From positions 1 to 64,000 of IMG/VR virus record IMGVR_UViG_3300030339_000003: 64,000 bases of DNA; one strand, given 5' to 3'. Each line of letters opens with the position of its first letter. Position 1 is the stretch's first letter. The translations under genes were made by a program, and so were the position numbers. This document shows, piece by piece, positions 1-8,455 of the stretch. Below the pieces are notes generated by a model. That model saw nothing but the letters and a program-made list of their open reading frames with translations, made no database searches and was not told the DNA's origin.

Positions 1-480
1 CGTACCAATGCCCGAACTTCCAGACCCAAATAAACTATTATAAGAATAGTAGTTATTTGGAATAAAAATAATGCGACCGTTAACAACCCATTTCAGCCAT
101 GTATCCATTGTACCGATTTGGTTTATAACCGCCTGAACCTTAGCAGTGATATCACTATAAAGGAACAATTGACTGGCAGGAATTTCACCAAAGAATCCGA
201 ACTCCCAATCACCACGAGTTAATGTGGTGGGCCCTGGACCTGTGTCAGGATAGAAGCCTAACGGGAATTCAATTGAGTCGGAAAACTGTTCACCTTTAAT
301 AAAACGAACAGTATAGAAGTAAGTTGCGTTAGATGTTACGTTCTCATCTAAGTAACCCAGTGTATCTTTATCTAAGGTGGCGATAAGCGCTTTAACACCC
401 CCTCTGGTTGCTGTACGATAAATTTCAATGGAATCCATAACTACATCATTAGGATTTATCCAGCTCACTTGTATGGTCAT
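1..480 (-). CDS. Virion structural protein, paralog family (3' end runs off the window)
   Basis: Manual translation MTIQVSWINPND...FYPDTGPGPTTLTRGDWEFGFFGEIP...KWVVNGRIIFIP; same motif as the next genes; not in the ORF track. Confidence 0.85.
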   Translation of the reverse strand, partial: MTIQVSWINPNDVVMDSIEIYRTATRGGVKALIATLDKDTLGYLDENVTSNATYFYTVRFIKGEQFSDSIEFPLGFYPDTGPGPTTLTRGDWEFGFFGEIPASQLFLYSDITAKVQAVINQIGTMDTWLKWVVNGRIIFIPNNYYSYNSLFGSGSSGIGT

Positions 481-489
481 TTGGAAGCC

Positions 490-1404
490 TTAGAGTTGAA
501 GTTCAAAAATGGGGAATAGAGTAGAATTTACTGTGATCTGATTAGCCACTAACCCCATAGGCGTACCAGCCGGTTTATAAGCAACAGAGCGATTACTTGC
601 CAAATATGTATTGGTTATAATCTGTTCAACACTCGCATCATACATATAAAGTGCTTGGTCATTTACACTATTAAAAGATAATAATGGATCACGACTTGTT
701 GCATTAAAACTTGCCAATAATGCCGCCAATTCAGATTTATTTAAAGTAGAATCCATTTGAGACATTGTTCGATAAGACCCATTATAATAAATATCGGCTA
801 ATTCATTATTAGGGTTTTGTTCTGTAGTAAATTTAGTTGTAGCGTATGGAGCACGAACTAAATAACTGTTGGAATCTTTGGTCATAAACAAACCATATGT
901 TATTCTGTCTCGACCTGGAGGGTAAACAAACATTTTACCCATTCCATCATACGTCCGGACATTGCGAACAAACATAGTCCCGCTAATAAAAATAATCCGC
1001 CCACCCACAATCCATTTGTGGTAATACTGTAATGTGGCTTGGTTTTGTTTAGTTATACCAGATGCTGTAGCAATTTCGTCTTGATTAAAAAATAATGAGG
1101 CACTTATACTTCCGAAATAACCAAATTCCCAATCGCCTTTATTAATGGTAGTTGGTCCTGGTCCAGTATTAGGAAAATCTGCAAAAGGAATAATCTGCGA
1201 TTGCCCGGTATCCGTTCCGACTACAGTGTCGATCCGATAAAAATAAAGGGTATTGATATCCGTCGTTGTATCGGTATATGTTAATTGATCACCAGCAATT
1301 GTGTCAATTAAAACAAATGTACCAGTTCTACTGTTTGATCGCAGTATTTGAATTTGATCTGGCACAATACCATGGAAATTAGCCCAGCTCAAAACGATTG
1401 ACAT
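490..1404 (-). CDS. Virion structural protein (FN3-like N-terminus; baseplate/tail-tip paralog family)
   Basis: FN3-like LSW..YTD..YFYRI, then NTGPGPTT..GDWEFGYFG; C-terminal PIFEL. Confidence 0.8.
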   Translation of the reverse strand: MSIVLSWANFHGIVPDQIQILRSNSRTGTFVLIDTIAGDQLTYTDTTTDINTLYFYRIDTVVGTDTGQSQIIPFADFPNTGPGPTTINKGDWEFGYFGSISASLFFNQDEIATASGITKQNQATLQYYHKWIVGGRIIFISGTMFVRNVRTYDGMGKMFVYPPGRDRITYGLFMTKDSNSYLVRAPYATTKFTTEQNPNNELADIYYNGSYRTMSQMDSTLNKSELAALLASFNATSRDPLLSFNSVNDQALYMYDASVEQIITNTYLASNRSVAYKPAGTPMGLVANQITVNSTLFPIFELQL

Positions 1405-1424
1405 AAATGTACCTTGCTTTGGAA

Positions 1425-1452
1425 GTAGCAGTGAGCGCTAGCCCACCGCTAC
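1425..1452 (-). terminator. Intergenic stem-loop (terminator or processing/stability hairpin)
   Basis: Minus strand GUAGCGGUGGGC-UAGC-GCUCACUGCUAC, 12 bp with G-U pairs that form only on -. Confidence 0.6.
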
Positions 1453-1469
1453 GATTATTTACGGTTATG

Positions 1470-2369
1470 TTACAGCAGTAATTCCAATACAGGAACAACG
1501 TAAATCGTACCAGTTGTAATAGAAGTAATCACCCCTGTTGCGCTGTATACCGCCATAGAGTTCGCATTAGCTGCTAATCCTAAACCAATGGCGGTGTTAG
1601 CTTGGACAGTGGTGTCACCCAAATGGTAATACACGCCAGGTAATGACGAATCGTTTTGTGCAGTTAAGCCTGGTTTAACTGCCGTGGTGTTACCCAGAGA
1701 CGAGATCATTGCAGCTTCTGATTTAAGGAAGTCCAATGAAGTCGTGTCAACAGTTTGCGCCGTCAAGTAATTCGCGTCAACCAAAGACAGTGCCGGTAAG
1801 CGATAATGGAAATCATAACCATTTTTGCTTAATGTCAAACCAGCACTGATAGGCGGAGCAAAGCCAAGACCCGCCAACACTGGTAATTGCGCAACGTTAC
1901 TGATCCCGATATTTTGACGATAGGAATCAGGAATGAACAAAATACGTCCATTACAAACCACTTTGAAATACTTACCAATTTCGGTAGCATTCTTTGAACC
2001 AGTCACGTTAGCTGTGGTCAGCATGACGTTAATTTCTGATGCTGAGAACAAACTCGCGATAGGAACTTCACCAAAGAACCCGAACTCCCAGTCGCCACGT
2101 AACAATGATGTAGGACCGGGACCCGTGTCAGGGAAATAACCGACAGTAAAGACATTACCGTAAGTTTCAATGCCGCCGGAATCGACAGAAGAGATCATAA
2201 AGAAATATACTGTATTACTTACCACGTCAGTAAATTCTTTACTTACCGCAGGCGCAGCAACCGTAGTTGGGCTTGCAGGCAGATTCCCTTTATTAAACGT
2301 TGTGGTGGAACGGTAGATCTTGTAATTAGCTGCGCCATTGGCGGCATTCCAATTCAGAGTTAAAGACAT
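1470..2369 (-). CDS. Virion structural protein, paralog family
   Basis: FN3-like start; DTGPGPTSLLRGDWEFGFFGEV; C-terminal PVLELL. Confidence 0.8.
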   Translation of the reverse strand: MSLTLNWNAANGAANYKIYRSTTTFNKGNLPASPTTVAAPAVSKEFTDVVSNTVYFFMISSVDSGGIETYGNVFTVGYFPDTGPGPTSLLRGDWEFGFFGEVPIASLFSASEINVMLTTANVTGSKNATEIGKYFKVVCNGRILFIPDSYRQNIGISNVAQLPVLAGLGFAPPISAGLTLSKNGYDFHYRLPALSLVDANYLTAQTVDTTSLDFLKSEAAMISSLGNTTAVKPGLTAQNDSSLPGVYYHLGDTTVQANTAIGLGLAANANSMAVYSATGVITSITTGTIYVVPVLELLL

Positions 2370-2372
2370 TTA

Positions 2373-3287
2373 TTAATTCTCCACCAGTTCTAACACAGGC
2401 CACCAAAGGTTTGTAGCTGCCGCAGTCGCAATGGCAACATGAGAACCAGCAACTAAACCTGCACGCGCAGTAATGTTACCCAGCCCACGAGCTTGACCGT
2501 ATGCCGCGTTACTGGTTAACTCGGCAGTTAAAACGGTTTGGTTGGCAGAACCCATTGCCATTTGTGCACCGGTCTGTTGTACGATGTTTGGTAGTTTCTG
2601 ACCATTTGGCGTCCAAATAGATAACGGATAAACCAGATCATTGAATTCACAGGTATTGGCCAACACATCAGAGTCAGTAGCCGTAGCACTGTAAGTAGGT
2701 ACTGCGCCAGTGTCACTGAAACCAGACATCAAACGAACTTTGTATGCGTTACCGTTGTAGTTATATACCAACGTGCCATCAATCGCACCAGCGTTAGCTA
2801 ATTGCGAACGGTTCAGTGTTGTGCCCACTGCGGAGTTCGGGACAAACAGAACTTTACCTTTACGGCTGAATTTATGCCAGAACGTAGGGACTGCAGAAGA
2901 AGCCACGATACCAGTAGCTTGGCTAGAAACCAATGAACGTAAACCAGCAGCATTGATTAAACCATCAATAACGACGCTACCGAAGTAACCGAGGTTATCG
3001 TCACCCATCTGAAGGTTGTTAGGACCTTCACCGCGTGTACGAGTTGCTTGGGTATAAAAGTTACGACTGATTTGACGGTCTTTAGAACCGATGGTTTCAA
3101 AGACGTAGTAATACCAGGCATCTTGAACAGCAGTGGTATCATTGAATACCAGAGTAGATGCAGTCTGCTGGGTCAGCGTACCAATTGGGGTTCCCAAGTT
3201 AGTACGATCGATTACCGTGGCAGAACGATAGATATTAACATCCACCGCCTCGGTATTCGTGTTTTGCATCTGTAACTGTACAGTCAT
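2373..3287 (-). CDS. Virion structural protein, paralog family
   Basis: GEGPNNLQMGDDNLGYFG, WHKFSRKGKVLFVP, WWPVLELV. Confidence 0.8.
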   Translation of the reverse strand: MTVQLQMQNTNTEAVDVNIYRSATVIDRTNLGTPIGTLTQQTASTLVFNDTTAVQDAWYYYVFETIGSKDRQISRNFYTQATRTRGEGPNNLQMGDDNLGYFGSVVIDGLINAAGLRSLVSSQATGIVASSAVPTFWHKFSRKGKVLFVPNSAVGTTLNRSQLANAGAIDGTLVYNYNGNAYKVRLMSGFSDTGAVPTYSATATDSDVLANTCEFNDLVYPLSIWTPNGQKLPNIVQQTGAQMAMGSANQTVLTAELTSNAAYGQARGLGNITARAGLVAGSHVAIATAAATNLWWPVLELVEN

Positions 3288-3296
3288 GTTAAATCC

Positions 3297-4964
3297 TTAA
3301 TGAAGTAAACTTAATGGAATAGGGATTGGGAAAGCAGAAGGTTTTCTGATTGTTTTAACCGTGGCCATCGTGTAACCGGTATAAACAACTTTGTCAGGCA
3401 CGCCAACTGTTTTAAAGTTGATAGACTTAATCGTCTTAACAACATTAAAGGTTGTAGGAAGCACAACAACTGGAGTAGAACTACCACCAGGATAGGCGTG
3501 CAATAAACGAACCCCTTTAACCGTATTAGTTAAGGCATAAGTTGCAGACGTAATTTGACGCGGAATAACATCAACTTTAAATTGCAGAATTTTCTTTAAA
3601 GCATTCTGAATAGTTGAATAACTGAATACCGGAGCTAAAGCGGCACCGCCTTGATACAGCGAACCAGTCGCACGCACGGCCCTTACAACATCTGTTAAGG
3701 CAAACGTAGCTGATGTGACTTTATCAGGGCTTAGTGACGCTTTGATGCCCATCATTTTACGCACCGCGCCTTGTGTTAACGACGTGTGGTTAATGACTGG
3801 AACCGGATGACCTAATTCTAAATTCACTACATTTAATGAATTTAAATTCTTAACACCAATTAGAATCAATAAAGGACGCCATGCAACGTAGTTGTCAACA
3901 CCTCCCGCGCCAATGACTTCTTTTGATGTTAAAGCAGTAGCGCCACGACTGTAGATCAATCCATCGGTATCTGAAACAATCGTCTGGTCACCAATGATCG
4001 GGTCACCGTTACCGTCTAACCCAATGTTCATGTTCGCATTAGTAAAGACTTCCCAATGCGTATTTGTTGGGTCATCACGATGCACACGATAAATCAGATC
4101 TTCCCACTCATTACTACCCAGGTCACCCAATCCCCTCGGTGTCCCAACATAATAACGGCTTTTCCCGATGGTTGCTAACTTAGTACGGTTAATTAAACCC
4201 GCTGTGACTAAGTTATTATAACTGATTTGGTTAACAACAGTTTTCTGAGCAATATACATGATCTGCCCATAATAACTAAACTTTAACCAAATGCTATCAG
4301 GTGTAATAGTGTGTGCTGTACCTAATCCGACTAATGAAGCCAATGACCCTGTCGTGATAAGATCTTTACCCAACACTTGTCCAAGGTAACCTAACGTCCA
4401 ATTACCTTTAATAATTTTAGATTCGTCAAAACGAACAAGTAACATTTCGCCGGATAAATAGTTACTGTTAATCTTTACAACCCAACCATTGTCAGTTGTA
4501 TCGACTAAAGAAACATCATCTGCGCTAATTCGGTAGTTAGAAATGTCCTCGAGTTGGTCTAACGCGGCATTCAAAACCCCAGTGTAATCTACAAAGTTAG
4601 TTAAAACAATTTGTGCAACTTTAACGTTCTCGCCGTCATTATACTTGTAAACACCCTTAGCATTAAGATTCAATAATGTCGTTAGGTCTTCAATCGTATC
4701 ATCAACGGTAAAATTCAGAACAACCGGGCCTAACAACGTTGCGCATTCCCATTCCTGGTCTACTGCATCGATCTTTAAAGATTGTGATTCTAAACGTGCA
4801 ATACGTTTATTCTCATTTTCCGGAACGATATCAATAGAAACGACTTCGATGTTATCCACAGTAACTTGATCTAAGCGTTCTACCGCCGAAGGACGATCTT
4901 GATAAGTTACTTTGTTAATTGCTATGAATTTGTCGAGTAACAGTTGCATGGCGTTAGGACCCAT
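3297..4964 (-). CDS. Virion/tail-associated protein carrying the family domain plus C-terminal repeats
   Basis: GNWTLGYLG..WLKFSYYG..WRPLLIL; start moved to ATG 4964 (SD AGAGGA) because ATG 5021 lies in a terminator tail. Confidence 0.75.
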   Translation of the reverse strand: MGPNAMQLLLDKFIAINKVTYQDRPSAVERLDQVTVDNIEVVSIDIVPENENKRIARLESQSLKIDAVDQEWECATLLGPVVLNFTVDDTIEDLTTLLNLNAKGVYKYNDGENVKVAQIVLTNFVDYTGVLNAALDQLEDISNYRISADDVSLVDTTDNGWVVKINSNYLSGEMLLVRFDESKIIKGNWTLGYLGQVLGKDLITTGSLASLVGLGTAHTITPDSIWLKFSYYGQIMYIAQKTVVNQISYNNLVTAGLINRTKLATIGKSRYYVGTPRGLGDLGSNEWEDLIYRVHRDDPTNTHWEVFTNANMNIGLDGNGDPIIGDQTIVSDTDGLIYSRGATALTSKEVIGAGGVDNYVAWRPLLILIGVKNLNSLNVVNLELGHPVPVINHTSLTQGAVRKMMGIKASLSPDKVTSATFALTDVVRAVRATGSLYQGGAALAPVFSYSTIQNALKKILQFKVDVIPRQITSATYALTNTVKGVRLLHAYPGGSSTPVVVLPTTFNVVKTIKSINFKTVGVPDKVVYTGYTMATVKTIRKPSAFPIPIPLSLLH

Positions 4965-5002
4965 ATCTTTGTTCCTCTTAGTGTTAAGCATAAAATCAGA
5001 AA

Positions 5003-5053
5003 TAAAAAATAAAGCATACATATAGCAGACCTAGAGGGTTTCCCCTCTAAGTC
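5003..5053 (-). terminator. Hairpin terminator with GAAA loop
   Basis: GACUUAGAGGG-GAAA-CCCUCUAGGUC, then spacer and CUUUAUUUUUU. Confidence 0.75.
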
Positions 5054-5205
5054 CGCAAGTATCATTGTTTGAGTTGTTTTTGTTTAAATTAAACGGGCCT
5101 GTGTTAACCCAATCGTTGGAACGAAAGAACACCGATATCGAGTATCGATCTTTTAATTTGTAACTTTGTTTATTCTTCCGTATATACTATTATTTATAGT
5201 AAATA
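5028..5205 (-). ncRNA. Candidate structured non-coding RNA
   Basis: Interval with no credible ORF between two terminators; 74-nt multi-stem fold at 5086-5159 with minus-specific G-U pairs. Confidence 0.4.
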
Positions 5206-5248
5206 AAAAAATAAAGAAATAGCTGGCAAGGAGCCGAAGCTCCTCACC
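5203..5248 (-). terminator. Hairpin terminator with UUCG loop
   Basis: GGUGAGGAGC-UUCG-GCUCCUUGCC, then AGCUAUUUCUUUAUUUUUUU. Confidence 0.8.
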
Positions 5249-5255
5249 ATATAGG

Positions 5256-5555
5256 TTAAAAGATCAGTTGACCTAAACGAATGATTTCATCATAATCCAT
5301 GATAACCGTTTGGCGATTGTCAATAGACACTTTGAAAGAGTGTTTGTTCACTAATCCGTTGTAATGGATGGCAATAGGTGTTTCACCGATGACACCGGTA
5401 GCGATACCCGTTACACCGATAAACATAGTTGATAATTCCGAGTCTTGCCCGTGGATAGTGCCTTTACGAATGGTAGCACCATGAGAAGGAATACCGTCGA
5501 CCTGGGTTAACGACAAGAAATGTTTCAGTGTTTGTTCTAACAAGTTGTCATCCAT
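5256..5555 (-). CDS. Hypothetical protein
   Basis: 99-aa ORF with SD GAGG. Confidence 0.75.
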   Translation of the reverse strand: MDDNLLEQTLKHFLSLTQVDGIPSHGATIRKGTIHGQDSELSTMFIGVTGIATGVIGETPIAIHYNGLVNKHSFKVSIDNRQTVIMDYDEIIRLGQLIF

Positions 5556-5572
5556 TTGCTTACCTCATCGGT

Positions 5573-6067
5573 TTATGTTCTAAAGGTTCGGTAAGAACCG
5601 TCAATAATTTCTTCATGACTTACTAAACGATAACCCGCCGCTTCCATGCTGACATTAATATACCGTGTATCGGGTATGATCTTTTCGTGTAAATGGCCGT
5701 GAATGTTTAGTCGTTGACGTAACGCCATTTCGTGTACCGGAAAGTGACTTACTAAGAAGGGATGACGAGGCCAACGCCAACTCCCTTCAATGTGATCTAA
5801 GATCCCATCAAAGTCTCTGTAATGAAGCTTTCTTTCAAAGTCATGGTTACCCACAACTAAACGTTTCTTAAAAGAAAACTTTCTTAATATATCCGGACAC
5901 TCTGCACCAACAAAACAATCCCCAACAAAAGTGACTTCATCGTTTGCTTTAACATCAGCTAATAGGTTCCACATGAACTCGTCATGGTATCCCAATGTCA
6001 CAAATTGGGGACGTTGTTTCAAGATGCTTTTATCGCCGTTGTGCATGTCTGCACAGAAATAATGCAT
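5573..6067 (-). CDS. Calcineurin-like metallophosphoesterase
   Basis: Motifs DMH, GD, GNHD, SH, HGHLH. Confidence 0.9.
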   Translation of the reverse strand: MHYFCADMHNGDKSILKQRPQFVTLGYHDEFMWNLLADVKANDEVTFVGDCFVGAECPDILRKFSFKKRLVVGNHDFERKLHYRDFDGILDHIEGSWRWPRHPFLVSHFPVHEMALRQRLNIHGHLHEKIIPDTRYINVSMEAAGYRLVSHEEIIDGSYRTFRT

Positions 6068-6153
6068 AATAACCTCTAGTCTAAAAATACGTTTATATAC
6101 ATAGAGATCACATAGAGGTTAAAAAATAATAGACAAAAATTAAAGGGCAGATC

Positions 6154-6177
6154 GGTAGAGAGCGAAAGCTCTCTACC
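6154..6177. terminator. Hairpin terminator
   Basis: Perfect stem GGTAGAGAGC-GAAA-GCTCTCTACC. Confidence 0.75.
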
Positions 6178-6196
6178 ATAAAATATATGTAATATG

Positions 6197-6466
6197 TTAT
6201 TTAAATGCTAATAACTTACGATAATCAATTGTTTCTGCTTCTAAACTAATCAAAGCTCGCTTATAATCTTCGATTTGTTTAGGGTTGGTTTCGTGGTCTG
6301 CTCTCTTTTGAAGTGCAGTTAATGAAACGGCAAAAGCGTTGTATTGCGCTTGTAACCAGGATTCATTAAGTTGGTTAGTTTCTTTCTTACGATCCAGTAG
6401 ACGTTGTTTGAACGTGTTACTTTCAGCAAGATCTTTACTGCTTGTCATTACACCGTCTACGACCAT
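6197..6466 (-). CDS. Hypothetical coiled-coil protein
   Basis: 89-aa helical ORF, SD AGGTGG. Confidence 0.7.
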   Translation of the reverse strand: MVVDGVMTSSKDLAESNTFKQRLLDRKKETNQLNESWLQAQYNAFAVSLTALQKRADHETNPKQIEDYKRALISLEAETIDYRKLLAFK

Positions 6467-6477
6467 AATAAGCCACC

Positions 6478-6942
6478 TTATTGGTAAATAGCAATACCTG
6501 TAGGATTGCGGGCTAATAAAACTTTGTTTGTTTCAAAACACAATCGAGCGTCATCATAAGAATCGCTAACACGCAAGACCATAATAGGTGGCATGTGCTC
6601 ATCCGGAACTGTGCCGTTTTTCATTTGTAATAAAGATTCGGATTCTTGGAATCGACGACTAAACATATCAGAGACAACATTGATTTCCAATGAATCTATA
6701 AACTCTTTACTTAATCCTTCTAAATACGTTCTTTTCCAGATGGTTAATTTTGAAAGAATAACGTCACCGAATGCTTCAGGTGAAAGAGATGGAGAAACAT
6801 TATTAGTCAATTCTTCCATTAAGTTTGCATAGTTTATTTTGTTAGCATTAATAAAGAAATGCTTACTTAAAACTAATGAACATTCTTTACGTTCTTCTTC
6901 GGACAACGGTGGAACATATTGTTTAATATTAACGATACCCAT
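6478..6942 (-). CDS. Hypothetical protein, PL[ST]xE paralog family
   Basis: KQYVPPLSEEERKEC; start probably ATG 6942, just after the upstream stop. Confidence 0.7.
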   Translation of the reverse strand: MGIVNIKQYVPPLSEEERKECSLVLSKHFFINANKINYANLMEELTNNVSPSLSPEAFGDVILSKLTIWKRTYLEGLSKEFIDSLEINVVSDMFSRRFQESESLLQMKNGTVPDEHMPPIMVLRVSDSYDDARLCFETNKVLLARNPTGIAIYQ

Positions 6943-6944
6943 AA

Positions 6945-7073
6945 TTACATCCACCCTAATACTTTACCGATGATGATACCAATACCTGCAATACCAAAAG
7001 AGGCAAGGATAACAAAAACCCAAAATAATGCTTTAATGCCGTCTTCAAATGCTTTAGTTACAGGGTTGCTCAT
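6945..7073 (-). CDS. Small membrane protein (42 aa)
   Basis: Manual: MSNPVTKAFEDGIKALFWVFVILASFGIAGIGIIIGKVLGWM; TAATG-coupled to the upstream gene, SD AAGGA. Confidence 0.7.
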   Translation of the reverse strand: MSNPVTKAFEDGIKALFWVFVILASFGIAGIGIIIGKVLGWM

Positions 7074-7654
7074 TACGCGTCCTTAAACTTGTTATCGAAA
7101 ATAGATTGTATTTCAGATATCCAGTTATTGATAATATCACGGTCAGTTTCGCTAAATTTATTAACATCCAACGGGAATGTCGGCAATTTATAAACTGCCG
7201 GCGCAGATGAAGGATGAACAATTTCTGTAGCGCGAGCAAGCAATAATTCATCTGGAATATTTTTGTAATATGCCGGATAAATGATAGTATCTAATTCACC
7301 TAACAAAAGTTTATTAGTAAAGGAATTAAAACAGATTTTCCACAATTGTTCATCATTGGTATCTTGAATCTCGAAATTTAATTTATTTACGAAATCAAGA
7401 GAACAAAGATTAAAATATTGTGTTTTCCAATTATTAAATACTTCGGATACCGCATGAGCATAATAAATTTTCATTGCGTGAATTGATAAATTGTTGGCGT
7501 CTGACATTTTGATTTGTGCAAGCGCTTTAGTTAATGCCTTACCAGCTCTGAGTTGATCTTGTTTATTCCCTGCGGTTGATACCAACCAATAGCACTGTTC
7601 GCGTTCATGTGGAGTTAACGGTAAAGTGCATAAATTAAATTTAGACGTATCCAT
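7073..7654 (-). CDS. Hypothetical protein, PL[ST]xE paralog family
   Basis: LCTLPLTPHEREQC; WKTQY..S.DFV segment shared with the 6478 ORF. Confidence 0.75.
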   Translation of the reverse strand: MDTSKFNLCTLPLTPHEREQCYWLVSTAGNKQDQLRAGKALTKALAQIKMSDANNLSIHAMKIYYAHAVSEVFNNWKTQYFNLCSLDFVNKLNFEIQDTNDEQLWKICFNSFTNKLLLGELDTIIYPAYYKNIPDELLLARATEIVHPSSAPAVYKLPTFPLDVNKFSETDRDIINNWISEIQSIFDNKFKDA

Positions 7655-7662
7655 AGGTCACC

Positions 7663-7794
7663 TTATTTTAAACAATATTCAAAAAAAGTATTGTTATTAC
7701 TAAACAGTTTATTAATGGCGTGTTGATAACGAATACCATGTTCAGCAGTCAATGGAGGGAAAAATTGATTAACATTAATCGATACTTTAGACAT
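7663..7794 (-). CDS. Small protein (43 aa), PL[ST]xE family fragment
   Basis: Manual: MSKVSINVNQFFPPLTAEHGIRYQHAINKLFSNNNTFFEYCLK; SD AAGGA; first gene after the early promoter. Confidence 0.65.
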   Translation of the reverse strand: MSKVSINVNQFFPPLTAEHGIRYQHAINKLFSNNNTFFEYCLK

Positions 7795-7810
7795 TACATA
7801 TTCCTTATTA

Positions 7811-7862
7811 ACTAGAGTAAATTAAGATGGGATTAATCTACTCTAGTAATGTAGGGTTGAGA
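7811..7862 (-). promoter_or_regulatory. phiKZ-type early promoter plus 5' hairpin
   Basis: TCAACCC-TACATTAC (core 7846-7853); 15-bp stem at 7811-7847. Confidence 0.7.
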
Positions 7863-7885
7863 TCTTTTGTATTACAACGTTTTAA

Positions 7886-8446
7886 TTATTTTGAATAAGG
7901 AAAATCATTCTTTTTGATTTTAACCATACGGCCATCGGGATGATGCCAAACGATACCTTCGATGTCACTATCTTTAAGGTATTCCATTATACCTTCGTAA
8001 TCACGCGGACCGTGCATTAACCAATGAGCGCCATGACGATAAAGAACATGCTCAGTTAAGTTTTCAGGATTAGGACCATGCCGCGTACCAATTTTTGGGC
8101 CGCATACTTCATACGTTCCATCTTCCGGATAATCGGACAGAGCTGCGATAGCTTCTTTAATAAACTTATCTTGACCTTTGGTAGGTAACACCCAGCCAGG
8201 CCAATGCCCAGTAACTGGATCTGGTTCAGGTTGCGCAGGAATAAAATCAGGTGGTGGTGTGCGACCAGTTTTTGCATCATAACGAATATAGACAATACCT
8301 TTTTCTATCAATATCGCCATACCATCGTATTTGCGCGTGGCAGTTCCTTCCCCGGCAATAACCCACTCGGCACCTTCACTGATTTCGTTATAAACTTTAC
8401 GATTACCTTCATAACTTCTTTTAAATAAAGATAAAATCTTTTTCAT
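7886..8446 (-). CDS. ATP-dependent RNA ligase-like nucleotidyltransferase (DUF5565/Rlig1-like)
   Basis: WVIAGEGTATRKYDG (motif I KxDG), GTYEVCG, EGIVW, KIK. Confidence 0.7.
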   Translation of the reverse strand: MKKILSLFKRSYEGNRKVYNEISEGAEWVIAGEGTATRKYDGMAILIEKGIVYIRYDAKTGRTPPPDFIPAQPEPDPVTGHWPGWVLPTKGQDKFIKEAIAALSDYPEDGTYEVCGPKIGTRHGPNPENLTEHVLYRHGAHWLMHGPRDYEGIMEYLKDSDIEGIVWHHPDGRMVKIKKNDFPYSK

Positions 8447-8455
8447 AACTGGCCC

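Noticed and set aside
4965-5021. Extended N-terminus MYALFFISDF of the 574-aa call
   Set aside because: It is the translation of a terminator tail. The same artefact gives the 52507-52767 ORF (MIYALLF), and the 24527 start likewise crosses a terminator.
5086-5159. Canonical tRNA-Trp
   Set aside because: No TTCRA T-loop, no D-loop GG, an AU-only closing stem and no CCA end; kept only as a candidate ncRNA.
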